A stretch of 64,000 bases of DNA from positions 1,856,001 to 1,920,000 of the forward strand of contig OZ252100.1 of the NCBI GenBank assembly GCA_965248435.1, given 5' to 3'. Within the stretch, counting starts at the first letter, position 1. Each line of letters starts with the position of its first letter. Of this stretch, positions 10,430 through 20,573 are shown one piece after another. Both the position numbers and the translations under genes were made by a program. Origin of the DNA: Candidatus Latescibacterota bacterium. GTDB lineage: Bacteria; Latescibacterota; UBA2968; GCA-2709665. Below the pieces are notes generated by a model. It did not search any database and had not been told where the DNA came from. It saw only the letters and a list, made by a program, of their open reading frames with translations.

Positions 10430-11433
10430 GGGCCCTCCGTGACCAGGCCAACGCCTTCCTGCAGCCCGGCGGCCTTTTCAAACACAGAGACTCGCCAGCT
10501 CCACAGCGTCAGAACCAGACTGGATGCCAGCACGGCAGCACCGATCACGACGTGGAGCGTAGAAACGACGATCCCTTTTTCTGTCCAAATGACCATCGCA
10601 CCCATCACGATCTGAAGAGGAATTAACCCAAGCATAACGACGGCCGGGTAGACCAACTCCTTCCTATTTGCGTGCATCCTTAAAACTCGGACGACCGCCC
10701 ACACGACCGACGCCGAGACGACGAGCGCCCAGACTCTGTGAGCGAAGTGGATCCCAACGCGCAAGCGTAGGGTCTCGGAAGAAATCGGAAAAGGGGCACC
10801 GGCATCTGCTTCCAAGTCCATAATAGGCGGTACCAGTTGGCCGAAGGCGAGTGGAAAGTCGGGAATTGCCAGGCCTGCTTCGGTGTGGCGCATCCATGAA
10901 CCCAGGAAGAGCTGAAGGTAGACGGCCAGCGTCGCAAATAGAGCGATGTGCCGGAAGGGAACCCTTCGGGAATCTTCCAGGGGGCTGGCCGACGCTCGCC
11001 ATACCGGAGAAGTGAAAAGCGCCATCCCGACAACGAGACAGAAAAAGGTCTGAGCCAGAAGCGCGTGCCCGATCGACAAAGCGGTAGGCAAGAGGTAGAG
11101 TACAGTCAGCCCGCCCAGCAGCCCTTGCAACACGACCGCGCCCAGCGCCGCTAAGCTGACATAACGGACCCAGCTTCTCCCGTCCCGCCTGCATACCCAA
11201 ACCGCCAGAACGATCGTCAATAAACCCACGAACGTGGCCACCATACGGTGTCCGTGCTCGTAGAAGATTCCGCCGACCATCGGCGGGAAGATCATGCCGT
11301 ATGAGAGCGGCCAGTCGGGTACGGCCAACCCTGAACCCGTGCTGGTGACAAGCCCTCCCGAAAAAATCAAAAACAGCGTCGCTCCTGCGGTAAACACCGA
11401 AAATCGATGCAGCCAGGGATCGCCGCGTGACAT
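10426..11433 (-). CDS. ctaA: Heme A synthase (COX15/CtaA family)
   Basis: GGLVTSTGSGL, EHGHR, QGLLGG, FAHR and His ligands in 8 TM segments. Confidence 0.88.
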   Translation of the reverse strand: MSRGDPWLHRFSVFTAGATLFLIFSGGLVTSTGSGLAVPDWPLSYGMIFPPMVGGIFYEHGHRMVATFVGLLTIVLAVWVCRRDGRSWVRYVSLAALGAVVLQGLLGGLTVLYLLPTALSIGHALLAQTFFCLVVGMALFTSPVWRASASPLEDSRRVPFRHIALFATLAVYLQLFLGSWMRHTEAGLAIPDFPLAFGQLVPPIMDLEADAGAPFPISSETLRLRVGIHFAHRVWALVVSASVVWAVVRVLRMHANRKELVYPAVVMLGLIPLQIVMGAMVIWTEKGIVVSTLHVVIGAAVLASSLVLTLWSWRVSVFEKAAGLQEGVGLVTEGP

Positions 11434-11473
11434 CGGATTGTCCCTTCCAGAACGTCCCTCCACCACACCCGCG

Positions 11474-11794
11474 CTAAGCCTCCGAACCCGCGGTGACGAA
11501 ACTCCCATTGACTGCAGGCAATTCAGCCCGAACGGGGCCGTCCAGGGCCTGCCTGGCGAGCAAGCCTCGGTTGTAGAGGCGCGCCCTTCGCATCCAGAAC
11601 AACATCACAGATACAATCCCTCCAAGAACGCTGACGATGATCCCTAGAAGAATGAGAATGCCCGCGTTGGCACCCTTGACCATATCTGAATTGGGATCGC
11701 CGAAGCAGACGGCACACGCCAGAAGGCATTCCGGGCGAACCAGGATCATAGCAAGGGCCAGGGAGACAAGCGCGAAACGGCGCAGCCGACTCAT
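11474..11794 (-). CDS. Small membrane protein with CxxC (ACAVCFG)
   Basis: ATGA-coupled to the upstream gene; signal-like N-terminus, CAVC and one TM segment. Confidence 0.7.
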   Translation of the reverse strand: MSRLRRFALVSLALAMILVRPECLLACAVCFGDPNSDMVKGANAGILILLGIIVSVLGGIVSVMLFWMRRARLYNRGLLARQALDGPVRAELPAVNGSFVTAGSEA

Positions 11795-11997
11795 AGATAG
11801 CTTAACCTTTTGAGCTTTTTTAAGAACCAGATACCGTAACATACCAGCACAATGCATCCCGCAAACGCCGCCACCCCCATTGCCAGATTCATCCCATCTC
11901 CCGATACAGAATAGGCCTGAACCGCCCAGATCCCGAAGCCGAGACAACACAGGATGGAGACCGCGATGAAGAAGACGTGGAAAGCTTTGAGAGACAT
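11791..11997 (-). CDS. Small 2-TM hypothetical protein (MSLKAFHVFFI)
   Basis: Two hydrophobic helices with a basic tail; located within the operon. Confidence 0.7.
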   Translation of the reverse strand: MSLKAFHVFFIAVSILCCLGFGIWAVQAYSVSGDGMNLAMGVAAFAGCIVLVCYGIWFLKKLKRLSYL

Positions 11998-12012
11998 CAC
12001 GAATTCCGATCC

Positions 12013-12312
12013 TTAAAAGACCGACTCCGTAACCGTAAGCACCGGAAGCAACATCAGCACGATAAAAAAGACCACCGTAAGCGCTAGCACCCAGAAGATG
12101 ATCTGCTTCTCAGACACCAGGTGCATAAAGTAGCCGGCCACGAGAGAGCCCTTGATGGTAGCGATAAACAGGGCGATCAGAATGGTCATTGCTACGGATC
12201 GAATGTGGAGGTAGGAAACCCCAACGGTCACGACAGTCAGCACAGACAGCGCGGCAAAGACAATCAAGTAGACCTTTACGTGCTTTCTGACCTCTTCGGC
12301 GCTATGAGCCAT
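12013..12312 (-). CDS. ctaF: Cytochrome c oxidase subunit IV family protein
   Basis: 3 TM segments; 'KGSLVAGYFMHL'; AGGAG RBS before MAHSAEE. Confidence 0.85.
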   Translation of the reverse strand: MAHSAEEVRKHVKVYLIVFAALSVLTVVTVGVSYLHIRSVAMTILIALFIATIKGSLVAGYFMHLVSEKQIIFWVLALTVVFFIVLMLLPVLTVTESVF

Positions 12313-12322
12313 TGCAAACTCC

Positions 12323-12919
12323 TTACAGGAGATAGAGGATCGGGAAGAGAAATATCCATACCAGATCCACAAAGTGCCAGTAGAGTCCGGCGCACTCGAT
12401 CCGGTTCGTAAACCCTTCGGAATCCGTCTTCCACATCGCACTTCCGGGGAAGAGCAGGTAGAGATTCACGACAATCCCACCAATCACGTGCAGCCCGTGA
12501 AGCCCGGTCATCGTAAAGTAGGTCGCATAAAAATTGCTGGTAGATGGAGAGATGCCCAGATGGAATTTGTGTGTGTACTCGAAATATTTTATGACCAGAA
12601 AGACGAACGCCAGAAGGATCGTCAATCCGAGATACAGCTGGAACTTGCCGAAATTATCCATCTTCAGCGAGGCCCACGCCATCACCATCGTCACGCTCGA
12701 GGCAATGAGAACGAACGTATTGAGCGTCGCCAGCGGTACATTCAGCAGCTCCCAACCGTGCGGCCACGTTTGGGCCCCCACACGGAGCAGCACCAGCGTT
12801 GAAAAAAGCGCCCCGAACAGCATGACTTCCGATGCCAGGAAGAGCCAGATCCCCAGCTTCCCGTTGTAGACTCCGGTGATGGGATGAGGCTCTACTCGAT
12901 ATGGAATCTCAACTGACAC
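12323..12919 (-). CDS. ctaE: Heme-copper oxidase subunit III (short form)
   Basis: FLASEVMLF, TGLHGLHV, YWHFVDLVW; GTG start with a GGAGG RBS. Confidence 0.93.
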   Translation of the reverse strand: MSVEIPYRVEPHPITGVYNGKLGIWLFLASEVMLFGALFSTLVLLRVGAQTWPHGWELLNVPLATLNTFVLIASSVTMVMAWASLKMDNFGKFQLYLGLTILLAFVFLVIKYFEYTHKFHLGISPSTSNFYATYFTMTGLHGLHVIGGIVVNLYLLFPGSAMWKTDSEGFTNRIECAGLYWHFVDLVWIFLFPILYLL

Positions 12920-12947
12920 GATCGAAACCTCCCAGCTGATTGCGCGA

Positions 12948-14741
12948 CTAGTCGCCTGGTGTCGGTTGCGGTTGAGGCCGTGCTGCGCCGGCAGCACCAT
13001 CCTCGGGAGCGTGCTGCGGCCAGTAATCCTCAGACCGTCCCGGTACGCTGTATTCGTATGGGCCACGATAGACCGAAGGGATTTCGAGGAAGTTGCCGTG
13101 AGGCGGCGGTGTGGGCGTCGCCCACTCCAGCGTAGTCGCCTCCCACGGATTATCCGACGTCACCTTCTCACCCTTCTTCATGCTCCAGATAAAGTTCACG
13201 ATAAAGAAAATCTGTGCAAGCGCCAGCAGCCACGCCGACCAGGAGCTCATTACCGTAAGACCTTGAACCTGCTCACCATAGGCGTACTGAGTCTGGTCGT
13301 AAAGCCGCCTGGAGACACCGGCCATCCCCACGAAAAGCATCGGGAAAAAGACACCGTTCATAAAAACCAGGGAGAACCAGAAGTGGAGCTTGCCCAGCGT
13401 CGTATTCATCATCCGCCCTGTAGCCTTCGGGAACCAGAAATAGATCCCCGCGAACATGGCAAAGATCGTACCGGGCGCCACTACGTAGTGGAAATGACTG
13501 ATCACATAGTAGGTGTCGTGCAGGTGGAGATCCGCAGTTGTGAGCCCCAGCGGAAGTCCGGTCAGCCCGCCGATGGCGAACATCGGAATAAACGCCAGTG
13601 CGAACAGCATCGGGACCGTAAACCGGATCGACGCTCCGTGCAGGCTCAGCGCCAGCGCGGTGAGGATGACAACCGAAGGAATCGAGATGATCATCGTCGT
13701 AGTCTGGAAGAAATTGCTCATCACCGTACCCATCCCCGTCATAAACATATGATGGGCCCACACGACGAAAGACATAAATCCGAGGAAGATCAAAGAATAG
13801 ACCATCGTGCGATAGCCCCAGAGTGGCCTGCGGGTGTTGTTGACCAGGACCTCGGACACGATGCCCATCGCGGGGAGAATCAGAACGTAGACCTCGGGGT
13901 GGGCCAGAAACCAGAAGAGATGCTGCCAGAGCAACGGGCTGCCTCCGCCGCTCACTTCGAGGACCTGTCCGGTGACCACGAGTCCACTGGGCAGGAAAAA
14001 GCTCGTACCGGCCAAACGGTCCATCAGCTGCAGGACGCCGGCCGCCTCAAGTGGTGGGAACGCCAGCAGGAGCAGGAATGAAGTCACGAACTGGGCCCAC
14101 ACGAAAAACGGCAGCCTGAAAAAAGACAGCCCCTCTGCCCTCATCTGGATCGTCGTCACGATAAAGTTGAGCGAACCTAGAAGCGAAGAGGTGATCAGAA
14201 AGATCATTCCCCAGAGCCACATCGTCTGCCCCATCGGCGCGATAACAGCAAGCGGCGCGTAGGACGTCCACCCGGATTGGGCCGCCCCCCCGGGCACGAA
14301 AAAACTGACGAGCATAACTACGCCACCAACAACGAAAGCCCAGTAACTCGCCATGTTGATCTTGGGAAACGCCATGTCCGGGGCCCCGATCTGGAGCGGC
14401 AGGACATAGTTTCCGAAACCACCCACTGCCAGCGGAACGACCCCCATGAAGACCATAATCGTCCCGTGCATCGCCCCGAGCTGGTTGTAGAACTCCGGCA
14501 CCATCACCCCTTCCGGCATGTTGGCCTCACCAAGCCACGCACCGATCAACGGAAGCGCCTCGCCAGGATAGGCCAGCTGCCAGCGCATCATCATCATCAG
14601 ACAGAACCCGAAAAAGAGAAAGATCAGCGCAGTCAGGGCGTACTGGATCCCGATCGTCTTATGATCGGTGGAAAAGATGTATTTCTGCCAGACCCCCAGC
14701 TCCACGTGAGCGTGTTCTCCGTGCTCTGCGTGCTCACTCAT
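12948..14741 (-). CDS. ctaD: Cytochrome c oxidase subunit I (A-family)
   Basis: STDHK, MHGT, HPEVY, WAHH, HDTYYVISHFH, RR. Confidence 0.97.
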   Translation of the reverse strand: MSEHAEHGEHAHVELGVWQKYIFSTDHKTIGIQYALTALIFLFFGFCLMMMMRWQLAYPGEALPLIGAWLGEANMPEGVMVPEFYNQLGAMHGTIMVFMGVVPLAVGGFGNYVLPLQIGAPDMAFPKINMASYWAFVVGGVVMLVSFFVPGGAAQSGWTSYAPLAVIAPMGQTMWLWGMIFLITSSLLGSLNFIVTTIQMRAEGLSFFRLPFFVWAQFVTSFLLLLAFPPLEAAGVLQLMDRLAGTSFFLPSGLVVTGQVLEVSGGGSPLLWQHLFWFLAHPEVYVLILPAMGIVSEVLVNNTRRPLWGYRTMVYSLIFLGFMSFVVWAHHMFMTGMGTVMSNFFQTTTMIISIPSVVILTALALSLHGASIRFTVPMLFALAFIPMFAIGGLTGLPLGLTTADLHLHDTYYVISHFHYVVAPGTIFAMFAGIYFWFPKATGRMMNTTLGKLHFWFSLVFMNGVFFPMLFVGMAGVSRRLYDQTQYAYGEQVQGLTVMSSWSAWLLALAQIFFIVNFIWSMKKGEKVTSDNPWEATTLEWATPTPPPHGNFLEIPSVYRGPYEYSVPGRSEDYWPQHAPEDGAAGAARPQPQPTPGD

Positions 14742-14751
14742 ACGAATCCCC

Positions 14752-15525
14752 TTAGAATGAAAATTCGTCCTCTTCCTCTGCCTCAGCCTGCTGGGCTTCC
14801 AGCCAGGCTTCGAACGCCTCTGGCGTTTCGATCGTCAACTGGCCGCGCATTCGAAAATGACCGAGCCCGCAGAGTTGGGCGCACGCGATATCGAACTTGC
14901 CCGTCCGCGTCGCCTCGAACCAGATCTTGATCTCCTGCCCCGGAATGACATCCTGCGTCAACCGCATCACCGGAATCTTGAAACTGTGGATCACATCCTT
15001 GCTAGAGAGACGAACAACAACCGGTTTGTTGGGTACGATATGCAGGTTGTTGATCGAATTAAAATCGTCCTGCCCGTTCGGGTCGTCCGGGTCCAGCCCC
15101 AACAGATTGTCGCTGGTCACAAGCTCCGGGGCCGTTCTGCCGAAGATTCCATCCCTACCCGCGTAATGGACGTTCCATGCAAACTGCTCGCTCACGACCC
15201 GAACGACCTGAGCCTCCGACTGGGACGGGAAATGGTGCTTGAAAGCCGACCACGCGGGGATCGAAATCCCGATCAGGAGGACCGCCTCCACAACCACGAC
15301 GGCGATCTCCACATACTTGGACGTCTTTCCCTTGACTGGATCATAGGTCGCTCGGGGGTTGGCACCCTCCCGAAAGCGGACTAAGCAATAGAAAAAATAG
15401 ATCCCCCAACCGACGAACAGCGCGATCATGAACCAGTGTATCCAGTTGATCAGGAAGTCGACGACGTGCCCGTGGGTCGAGACATCGATTGGGAGCCAGT
15501 ATCCATATACCTTTTCTTCCATCAA
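14752..15525 (-). CDS. ctaC: Cytochrome c oxidase subunit II
   Basis: 2 TM segments; DVIHSF; CuA motif CAQLCGLGHFRM. Confidence 0.95.
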   Translation of the reverse strand: MMEEKVYGYWLPIDVSTHGHVVDFLINWIHWFMIALFVGWGIYFFYCLVRFREGANPRATYDPVKGKTSKYVEIAVVVVEAVLLIGISIPAWSAFKHHFPSQSEAQVVRVVSEQFAWNVHYAGRDGIFGRTAPELVTSDNLLGLDPDDPNGQDDFNSINNLHIVPNKPVVVRLSSKDVIHSFKIPVMRLTQDVIPGQEIKIWFEATRTGKFDIACAQLCGLGHFRMRGQLTIETPEAFEAWLEAQQAEAEEEDEFSF

Positions 15526-15576
15526 GATTCCTCCCGGCGTCGGTGATTATCCAACGCTATCGCGACGGAGTTTAAG

Positions 15577-16320
15577 CTACGATTTCTTTTTCTTGGGTAT
15601 TTTGAACGTAAAATCGACGGCTGCAGCCTCTCCGTCCTTTATGGACACTTCCTGGGTCTGGGAACCCAGTCTCTCGTGCCAGGCCTCCACGGTGTAGGTC
15701 CCCGCGGGCAGTCCCTTCAATTCAAACGCCCCTCCGTCTCCAGTCACGGCAAAGAAGGGGTGATCCATCACGCCGACGTAGCTCTGCATCCAGGGATGAA
15801 CGTCGCATTTGACGGGAATCATCACCTCGGCCTTGTCAAAGGTCTTGGTCTTCACCTTCAAGAATTTCGGCATGGCCATATTGAACTCGGTATTGACCTT
15901 CGGTTTGGGATGGATGTTGTGAAGCGTCCCGTCATTGTTCAGAATCTTGATCGGCTGGCCCGCCCTGACGCCAAGTACGTGGGGCTTATACATGCACCCG
16001 TTCTGATCCAGAACCACCGGTTCGGCTGGAACGTCGAATTTCTTGCCCTCTAACCCCGCCTTGACATACACAAATACATTTCTCAACGTCCCGTCGTCGT
16101 TTACGACAACCACCTCACTGCGGGCCGGCGCATCGGCGGAATGCTTGCCCGCGCACACGGGGTCCGCAGCCATCTGTAGTTTCTTACGTCCGGGCTTCTT
16201 ACCCCCCGGCAGATCCAGACTCACTTTTCCCGTTACAGCAGCACTCCCCGCGAATGCCCTTCCCGAAGACAGGCAAACCAAAGTGAACGCGACAAACAAG
16301 ACATAACTCAAGAACCTCAT
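15577..16320 (-). CDS. Exported cupredoxin-like protein with a carboxypeptidase-regulatory-like domain
   Basis: Signal peptide; HNIH ... CDVHPWM type-1 Cu-like ligand set. Confidence 0.7.
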   Translation of the reverse strand: MRFLSYVLFVAFTLVCLSSGRAFAGSAAVTGKVSLDLPGGKKPGRKKLQMAADPVCAGKHSADAPARSEVVVVNDDGTLRNVFVYVKAGLEGKKFDVPAEPVVLDQNGCMYKPHVLGVRAGQPIKILNNDGTLHNIHPKPKVNTEFNMAMPKFLKVKTKTFDKAEVMIPVKCDVHPWMQSYVGVMDHPFFAVTGDGGAFELKGLPAGTYTVEAWHERLGSQTQEVSIKDGEAAAVDFTFKIPKKKKS

Positions 16321-16359
16321 GTTATCCTCCTTTTAAGGGCCGTACCCCTATCCACCACC

Positions 16360-19300
16360 TTATCGTTGACTCAGCCTTCTGTCCTGATGCAGACCGAAGA
16401 AAATATAGTCTGTCAGGGTCTGAATGACGCTCTTACTGGGTAGGATCATGATCCCGTCTTCCGGCACCGTCCCCTCAGGAAGGGTCAGATAGCGGGTCAG
16501 ATTGATCCCGTCTGCCCGTTCGGGTAGATACGTCATCTCGTCCCCGAAGAACGTAGGCATCTTGGTTCCGGGCTGGATCTTCTGAGGATCCCAGAGCCAG
16601 GACCTGATCCAATCCGGTTTCAGACGTTCTTTTGCCATCGTCAGGTCTGGCGCCCAACTGGCCGGATCCCCCTTGGGTTTGATTTCTCCCTGCTGATGGC
16701 ACGTCCAGCAGTTGTAGATCTCTTCGCTGAACAGCGCCTTTGCCGCTCGTAGATCCCTTCGCGTCAGGCGCGTTTCCACGAGCGAATGATACGGGAATTG
16801 CTGCTTGTCGAGTCGCGAAAAATAGGTGACGAGGTCGATGGCTTCCTGATCATCAAACCCGAACGTCGGCATGCGGACGTCCAGCCACGGCCTGATCGGA
16901 ATCGGTTCCTTCAGAAATTCGAAGAACCAGTCGGGTTGGACCTTCTGGCCCTCCCCATTGAGCACCGGCGGTGTGAATCCTACCGCCTCTGACTCAGAAA
17001 CGCCATCCTCCACATAGGCGCCAACCAGAACATCGCCGATCGCCCTCCCCTCATCCTCTATAATGTGGCATCCCTTGCAGTTGCGCTCGTAAACCAGACG
17101 GCGTCCCTTTTCGATTTCAATTTCGGAGGGCGCGAGGTCTTTCTTCGCGGTTGGCGAAACGTAGGACCTGCTGAAGCTCAACAGCGCTGTCGTGACGGCC
17201 CGTGCATCGCTATCGCTCAGACCAAAGTGAGGCATACGAAGCTTCTCGTCAAACCGCTTCACCTTGCCTTCATCAAACACCCTAGGTTGTTTCAGCTTCG
17301 TAAATAACCAGTCGTGACGGGTGTGCGGAATGTTCAGCGGGTTTAGAGCAAAGTCGAGCTTGTCTACGTCTTTGCTCCCTTCCTCCGTTAGCTCCGTCCC
17401 GATACGCTGAATATCTTCGAAACCCGAGATCATATGGCAGCCAAAGCACCCCTGTCGGGCGATCATCTTTTCGCCCAACCAGACGTCCCGCTCGAGATCG
17501 GACATCGCATCCAACTTCGCTGCCGCTTGAGCGATGGGAAACCTGCTCTCGAGACCCTCCAGGACGACCTTGTCTCTCAGGTCGAGATCCACCTCAGCTG
17601 GCCGGCGCATTTCGAAGTCGCGGTTACGGAGGGTCATCAGGTAAGCCGTGATGTCGGAGGCCTCCTGGTCGGTTAGACGGAGATCAGGCATCAGCGTTTC
17701 TGGAAAGTATGCCTCCGGATCCTTCAGCCACGCATACAGCCATCCTGCGGATACTTTGCCTCCGACGCCACTCAGATTTGGGCCAAAGTTTCGCAGGCCA
17801 TACGTCTGTTCCAGGTCATCTCCCCTCCCAAGAACGTGACATCCTCTGCACCCGACCCGGGCAGCCAGAGCCTCTCCCCGATTCGCATCTCCTTTCACAG
17901 GTGGATCGGGGTAGTCTTGTTCCCCAGAGTTTTCAAACAGATAGGTCACGATCCCGTTGATCACGGCAGTATTTCGAGCGATATCCTCGGCGGAACTGAC
18001 ATTCGGCAAATCGAACAGCTTGGGCATCTTTGTCGATGGGCGGAACCCCTTGGGATCCCGAACCCAGTTCAGGGTCCACTCCCTTTGCAGCTTGGCGGCG
18101 GCCTTTCTCAGGTCCGGACCCACTTTCCGAAGATCCTCGTAACCGGCGATTTTGTGACATCCGTGGCACCCGAGTGTCTTGATCAGGTGTAGACCCCGGT
18201 TGAGCCTCTCGGCCTTTGGGACCTCCACCACACCGGAATGGCACTGAGCACAAGTAGATTCGACGTAGTGACTGGGCAGCATCGGATAGTCCCAGTAGTG
18301 CTTCTCGTGCCAGCCGTAGAGCTCGCGCCATCGCTCGGCCTCCGATTCATCCGAGGGGGTATGAGCCGCGTTGACAAAAGTAATCCCCCGATCTCGCCCC
18401 AAGTGGCAGGTCGTACAACCCACCTTATCGATCGGATGGGGTGACGCGCTCCCCAGATACAGGTCCATTTGAGGGTGCGTGGCCAAGACCTGCGCGCGCC
18501 CATTTCGCTCCGCCTCCGGATAAACATCCTCCACATATTTTCTGAGGACTTCATCTTGGAACAATCCCGTCTCCGGATCGACCTCATAACCTGCCCGATC
18601 GATGTTCACGTGACAGGTATTGCACCGGTCAACCTTAGGTACCTGGACGAAATTGATATCGTTCTTCAGCTCACCCAACACGATCTGCCGAACCTTGATC
18701 GATGGATCGATGAAATCGACCATCGGCATGTTTCTGAACATGTTGGGAAAACTGGGAACAATGTCCGAAAGATTCCGGCGCAGGAGCTCAGCGCTTCGAA
18801 ACAGGGCTGTGTTCTGTTTCTCAAGCTCATCTTTTCGGCCGGCCACCTCGTCGACGATCTGCTGCTCCGCCGCCTGCCTGGCCTCAACCGCTTCCTTGAC
18901 CCTTCGGAATGAGCCCATCCGGTCTTCCATTTCAGCTAGTTTTGTTTCCTTCTCCTTGGCCTCGTGTTCTTTTCCTTTGCGCGCACTTTCCTCGTACTCG
19001 TACTTTACCACGTCGTAGTGCGCCTTTTCAAACCTGAGATCCTGATCCGCTTTATACCACACTCCCTCGAGGTCTCCCAACGCAGCGAGGGCGGCTTCGT
19101 AACGGTCCTTCTGTGTCTCGATGGAGGCCTCTACTTCGACGATTTCAGCGGCTATCCTTTTCAATTGATCTGCATCCACATCGCGTTGCGCAGATGCCAG
19201 TTCTGTTTCGACTTTGTGTTGCTCGAGTGCCATCGCTTCTCGCTGGATCCCCTTCCACTCCCGATCATAATCGTCCCAGATCATCCACACCATGCAAACA

Positions 19301-19398
19301 GCGAGCGCGACACTGGACAGGGCAAAGATGGCGTTAAGCGTGTTCAGATTGTAGACAAAATCTAAAAACCCTTGTGGTTTCTGCTCGTTCATCAACAC
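16360..19398 (-). CDS. Membrane-anchored octaheme cytochrome c
   Basis: 8 CxxCH motifs (CNTCH, CTTCH, CAQCH, CHGCH, CRGCH, CFGCH, CKGCH, CWTCH); N-terminal TM followed by a coiled coil. Confidence 0.9.
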   Translation of the reverse strand: MLMNEQKPQGFLDFVYNLNTLNAIFALSSVALAVCMVWMIWDDYDREWKGIQREAMALEQHKVETELASAQRDVDADQLKRIAAEIVEVEASIETQKDRYEAALAALGDLEGVWYKADQDLRFEKAHYDVVKYEYEESARKGKEHEAKEKETKLAEMEDRMGSFRRVKEAVEARQAAEQQIVDEVAGRKDELEKQNTALFRSAELLRRNLSDIVPSFPNMFRNMPMVDFIDPSIKVRQIVLGELKNDINFVQVPKVDRCNTCHVNIDRAGYEVDPETGLFQDEVLRKYVEDVYPEAERNGRAQVLATHPQMDLYLGSASPHPIDKVGCTTCHLGRDRGITFVNAAHTPSDESEAERWRELYGWHEKHYWDYPMLPSHYVESTCAQCHSGVVEVPKAERLNRGLHLIKTLGCHGCHKIAGYEDLRKVGPDLRKAAAKLQREWTLNWVRDPKGFRPSTKMPKLFDLPNVSSAEDIARNTAVINGIVTYLFENSGEQDYPDPPVKGDANRGEALAARVGCRGCHVLGRGDDLEQTYGLRNFGPNLSGVGGKVSAGWLYAWLKDPEAYFPETLMPDLRLTDQEASDITAYLMTLRNRDFEMRRPAEVDLDLRDKVVLEGLESRFPIAQAAAKLDAMSDLERDVWLGEKMIARQGCFGCHMISGFEDIQRIGTELTEEGSKDVDKLDFALNPLNIPHTRHDWLFTKLKQPRVFDEGKVKRFDEKLRMPHFGLSDSDARAVTTALLSFSRSYVSPTAKKDLAPSEIEIEKGRRLVYERNCKGCHIIEDEGRAIGDVLVGAYVEDGVSESEAVGFTPPVLNGEGQKVQPDWFFEFLKEPIPIRPWLDVRMPTFGFDDQEAIDLVTYFSRLDKQQFPYHSLVETRLTRRDLRAAKALFSEEIYNCWTCHQQGEIKPKGDPASWAPDLTMAKERLKPDWIRSWLWDPQKIQPGTKMPTFFGDEMTYLPERADGINLTRYLTLPEGTVPEDGIMILPSKSVIQTLTDYIFFGLHQDRRLSQR

Positions 19399-19434
19399 GC
19401 CTTTCCAGTTTTCGACGAACCTGGAATCCTGGGT

Positions 19435-20511
19435 TCAGATGTTGAAGAAGTATTCCGGGATAGCGACAATATACTTGAGGTTGAAAAGCCAGCGCAGCAG
19501 CATCTTTACAGGTAGGGCAACAAACATTAAGAGGAGAAAGATCATTACACTGTAGCGGGCGAACCCCATTCTTTTATAAAAGTCCTTGAACACCGTCTGG
19601 GCCAGAACCGGTGGAGGGATCAAGAAGTAGAGGGCCACGACCACGAACCCCCAGATCTCACGAGTCAACCAGAAACTCGGCAACCCGACCCCCAAAAGAC
19701 TCACGTAGATATATTCGGAGAGGTTTATGTTGACCAGCGCCTCCAGCTTGTGCAGGTCCCAGTATTCATACGGACCGAAAAAGTTCCAGTTAGGCCCCCT
19801 CAGGAAGGTACCGATGGTGATCATGACGACCCAGAGCACCACAAACCCGAAAAGGAACACCGTGATCGCGAAGGACCTTTGCTTGAAGGTGTAGTAGCCG
19901 GATCCTCTCGGATTTCGATCCATGTAGGGAATGGCCATCAGTCCAACGACAATCAGGGTGGGCAGGACCACCCCGGCAATCCACGGATCATAGTAAACCA
20001 GCATCTCCTGCAACCCAAGAAAGTACCAAGGTGCCTTAGAGGGATTCGGAGTCTTTGCGGGGTTGGCTGGCTCTTCCAGCGGAGCCTCGATGAGGATGGA
20101 CCAGAGGATCAGCGCCACGCTGGCCAGGGTCAAACAGATAAGCTCCGTATATACCAGATGCGGCCACGTGAGCACTTTCTGACTGAATTCCTGTTTCTCT
20201 CTGGGTTCCTCGCCCCTTGAAATCCGATCGTCGTTCTCGCAGGCCTGCTTCATGCTGAACCACACAAAAAACCCAACAAAAAAAAGCAGCATGACGATCG
20301 GAATATTGTCCCCTTTGGTCACAATAATCCGAAAATCAGGATCCTGAAAACTCGCAACAAAGAATACGATAGAGAGGAGCAGAACAGGCAGGCCTACCCG
20401 GTTGGTCCAGACACCCCGAGTACGCAGGGCAAGGAAAAAGATGACTGCAAAAAGCGGCAGGAATATTTCAGGAGCAGTAATCCAGTTGATTAAGTCTTTC
20501 AGTGCCTCCAT
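19435..20511 (-). CDS. Cytochrome b C-terminal / subunit IV-like protein with extra TM helices
   Basis: 'WPHLVYTE...APLEEPANPAKTPNPSKAPWYFLGLQE...PYMD'; GAGGAG RBS before MEALKD. Confidence 0.85.
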   Translation of the reverse strand: MEALKDLINWITAPEIFLPLFAVIFFLALRTRGVWTNRVGLPVLLLSIVFFVASFQDPDFRIIVTKGDNIPIVMLLFFVGFFVWFSMKQACENDDRISRGEEPREKQEFSQKVLTWPHLVYTELICLTLASVALILWSILIEAPLEEPANPAKTPNPSKAPWYFLGLQEMLVYYDPWIAGVVLPTLIVVGLMAIPYMDRNPRGSGYYTFKQRSFAITVFLFGFVVLWVVMITIGTFLRGPNWNFFGPYEYWDLHKLEALVNINLSEYIYVSLLGVGLPSFWLTREIWGFVVVALYFLIPPPVLAQTVFKDFYKRMGFARYSVMIFLLLMFVALPVKMLLRWLFNLKYIVAIPEYFFNI

Positions 20512-20573
20512 AATCTCCTCTGTAAACCGACTTCGAAATCCTTCTGGGGCCCGGTTCAAGTCTCAACACCGGG

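Noticed and set aside
12966-14081. 371-aa plus-strand ORF
   Set aside because: Antisense shadow of ctaD caused by GC codon bias; no motifs.
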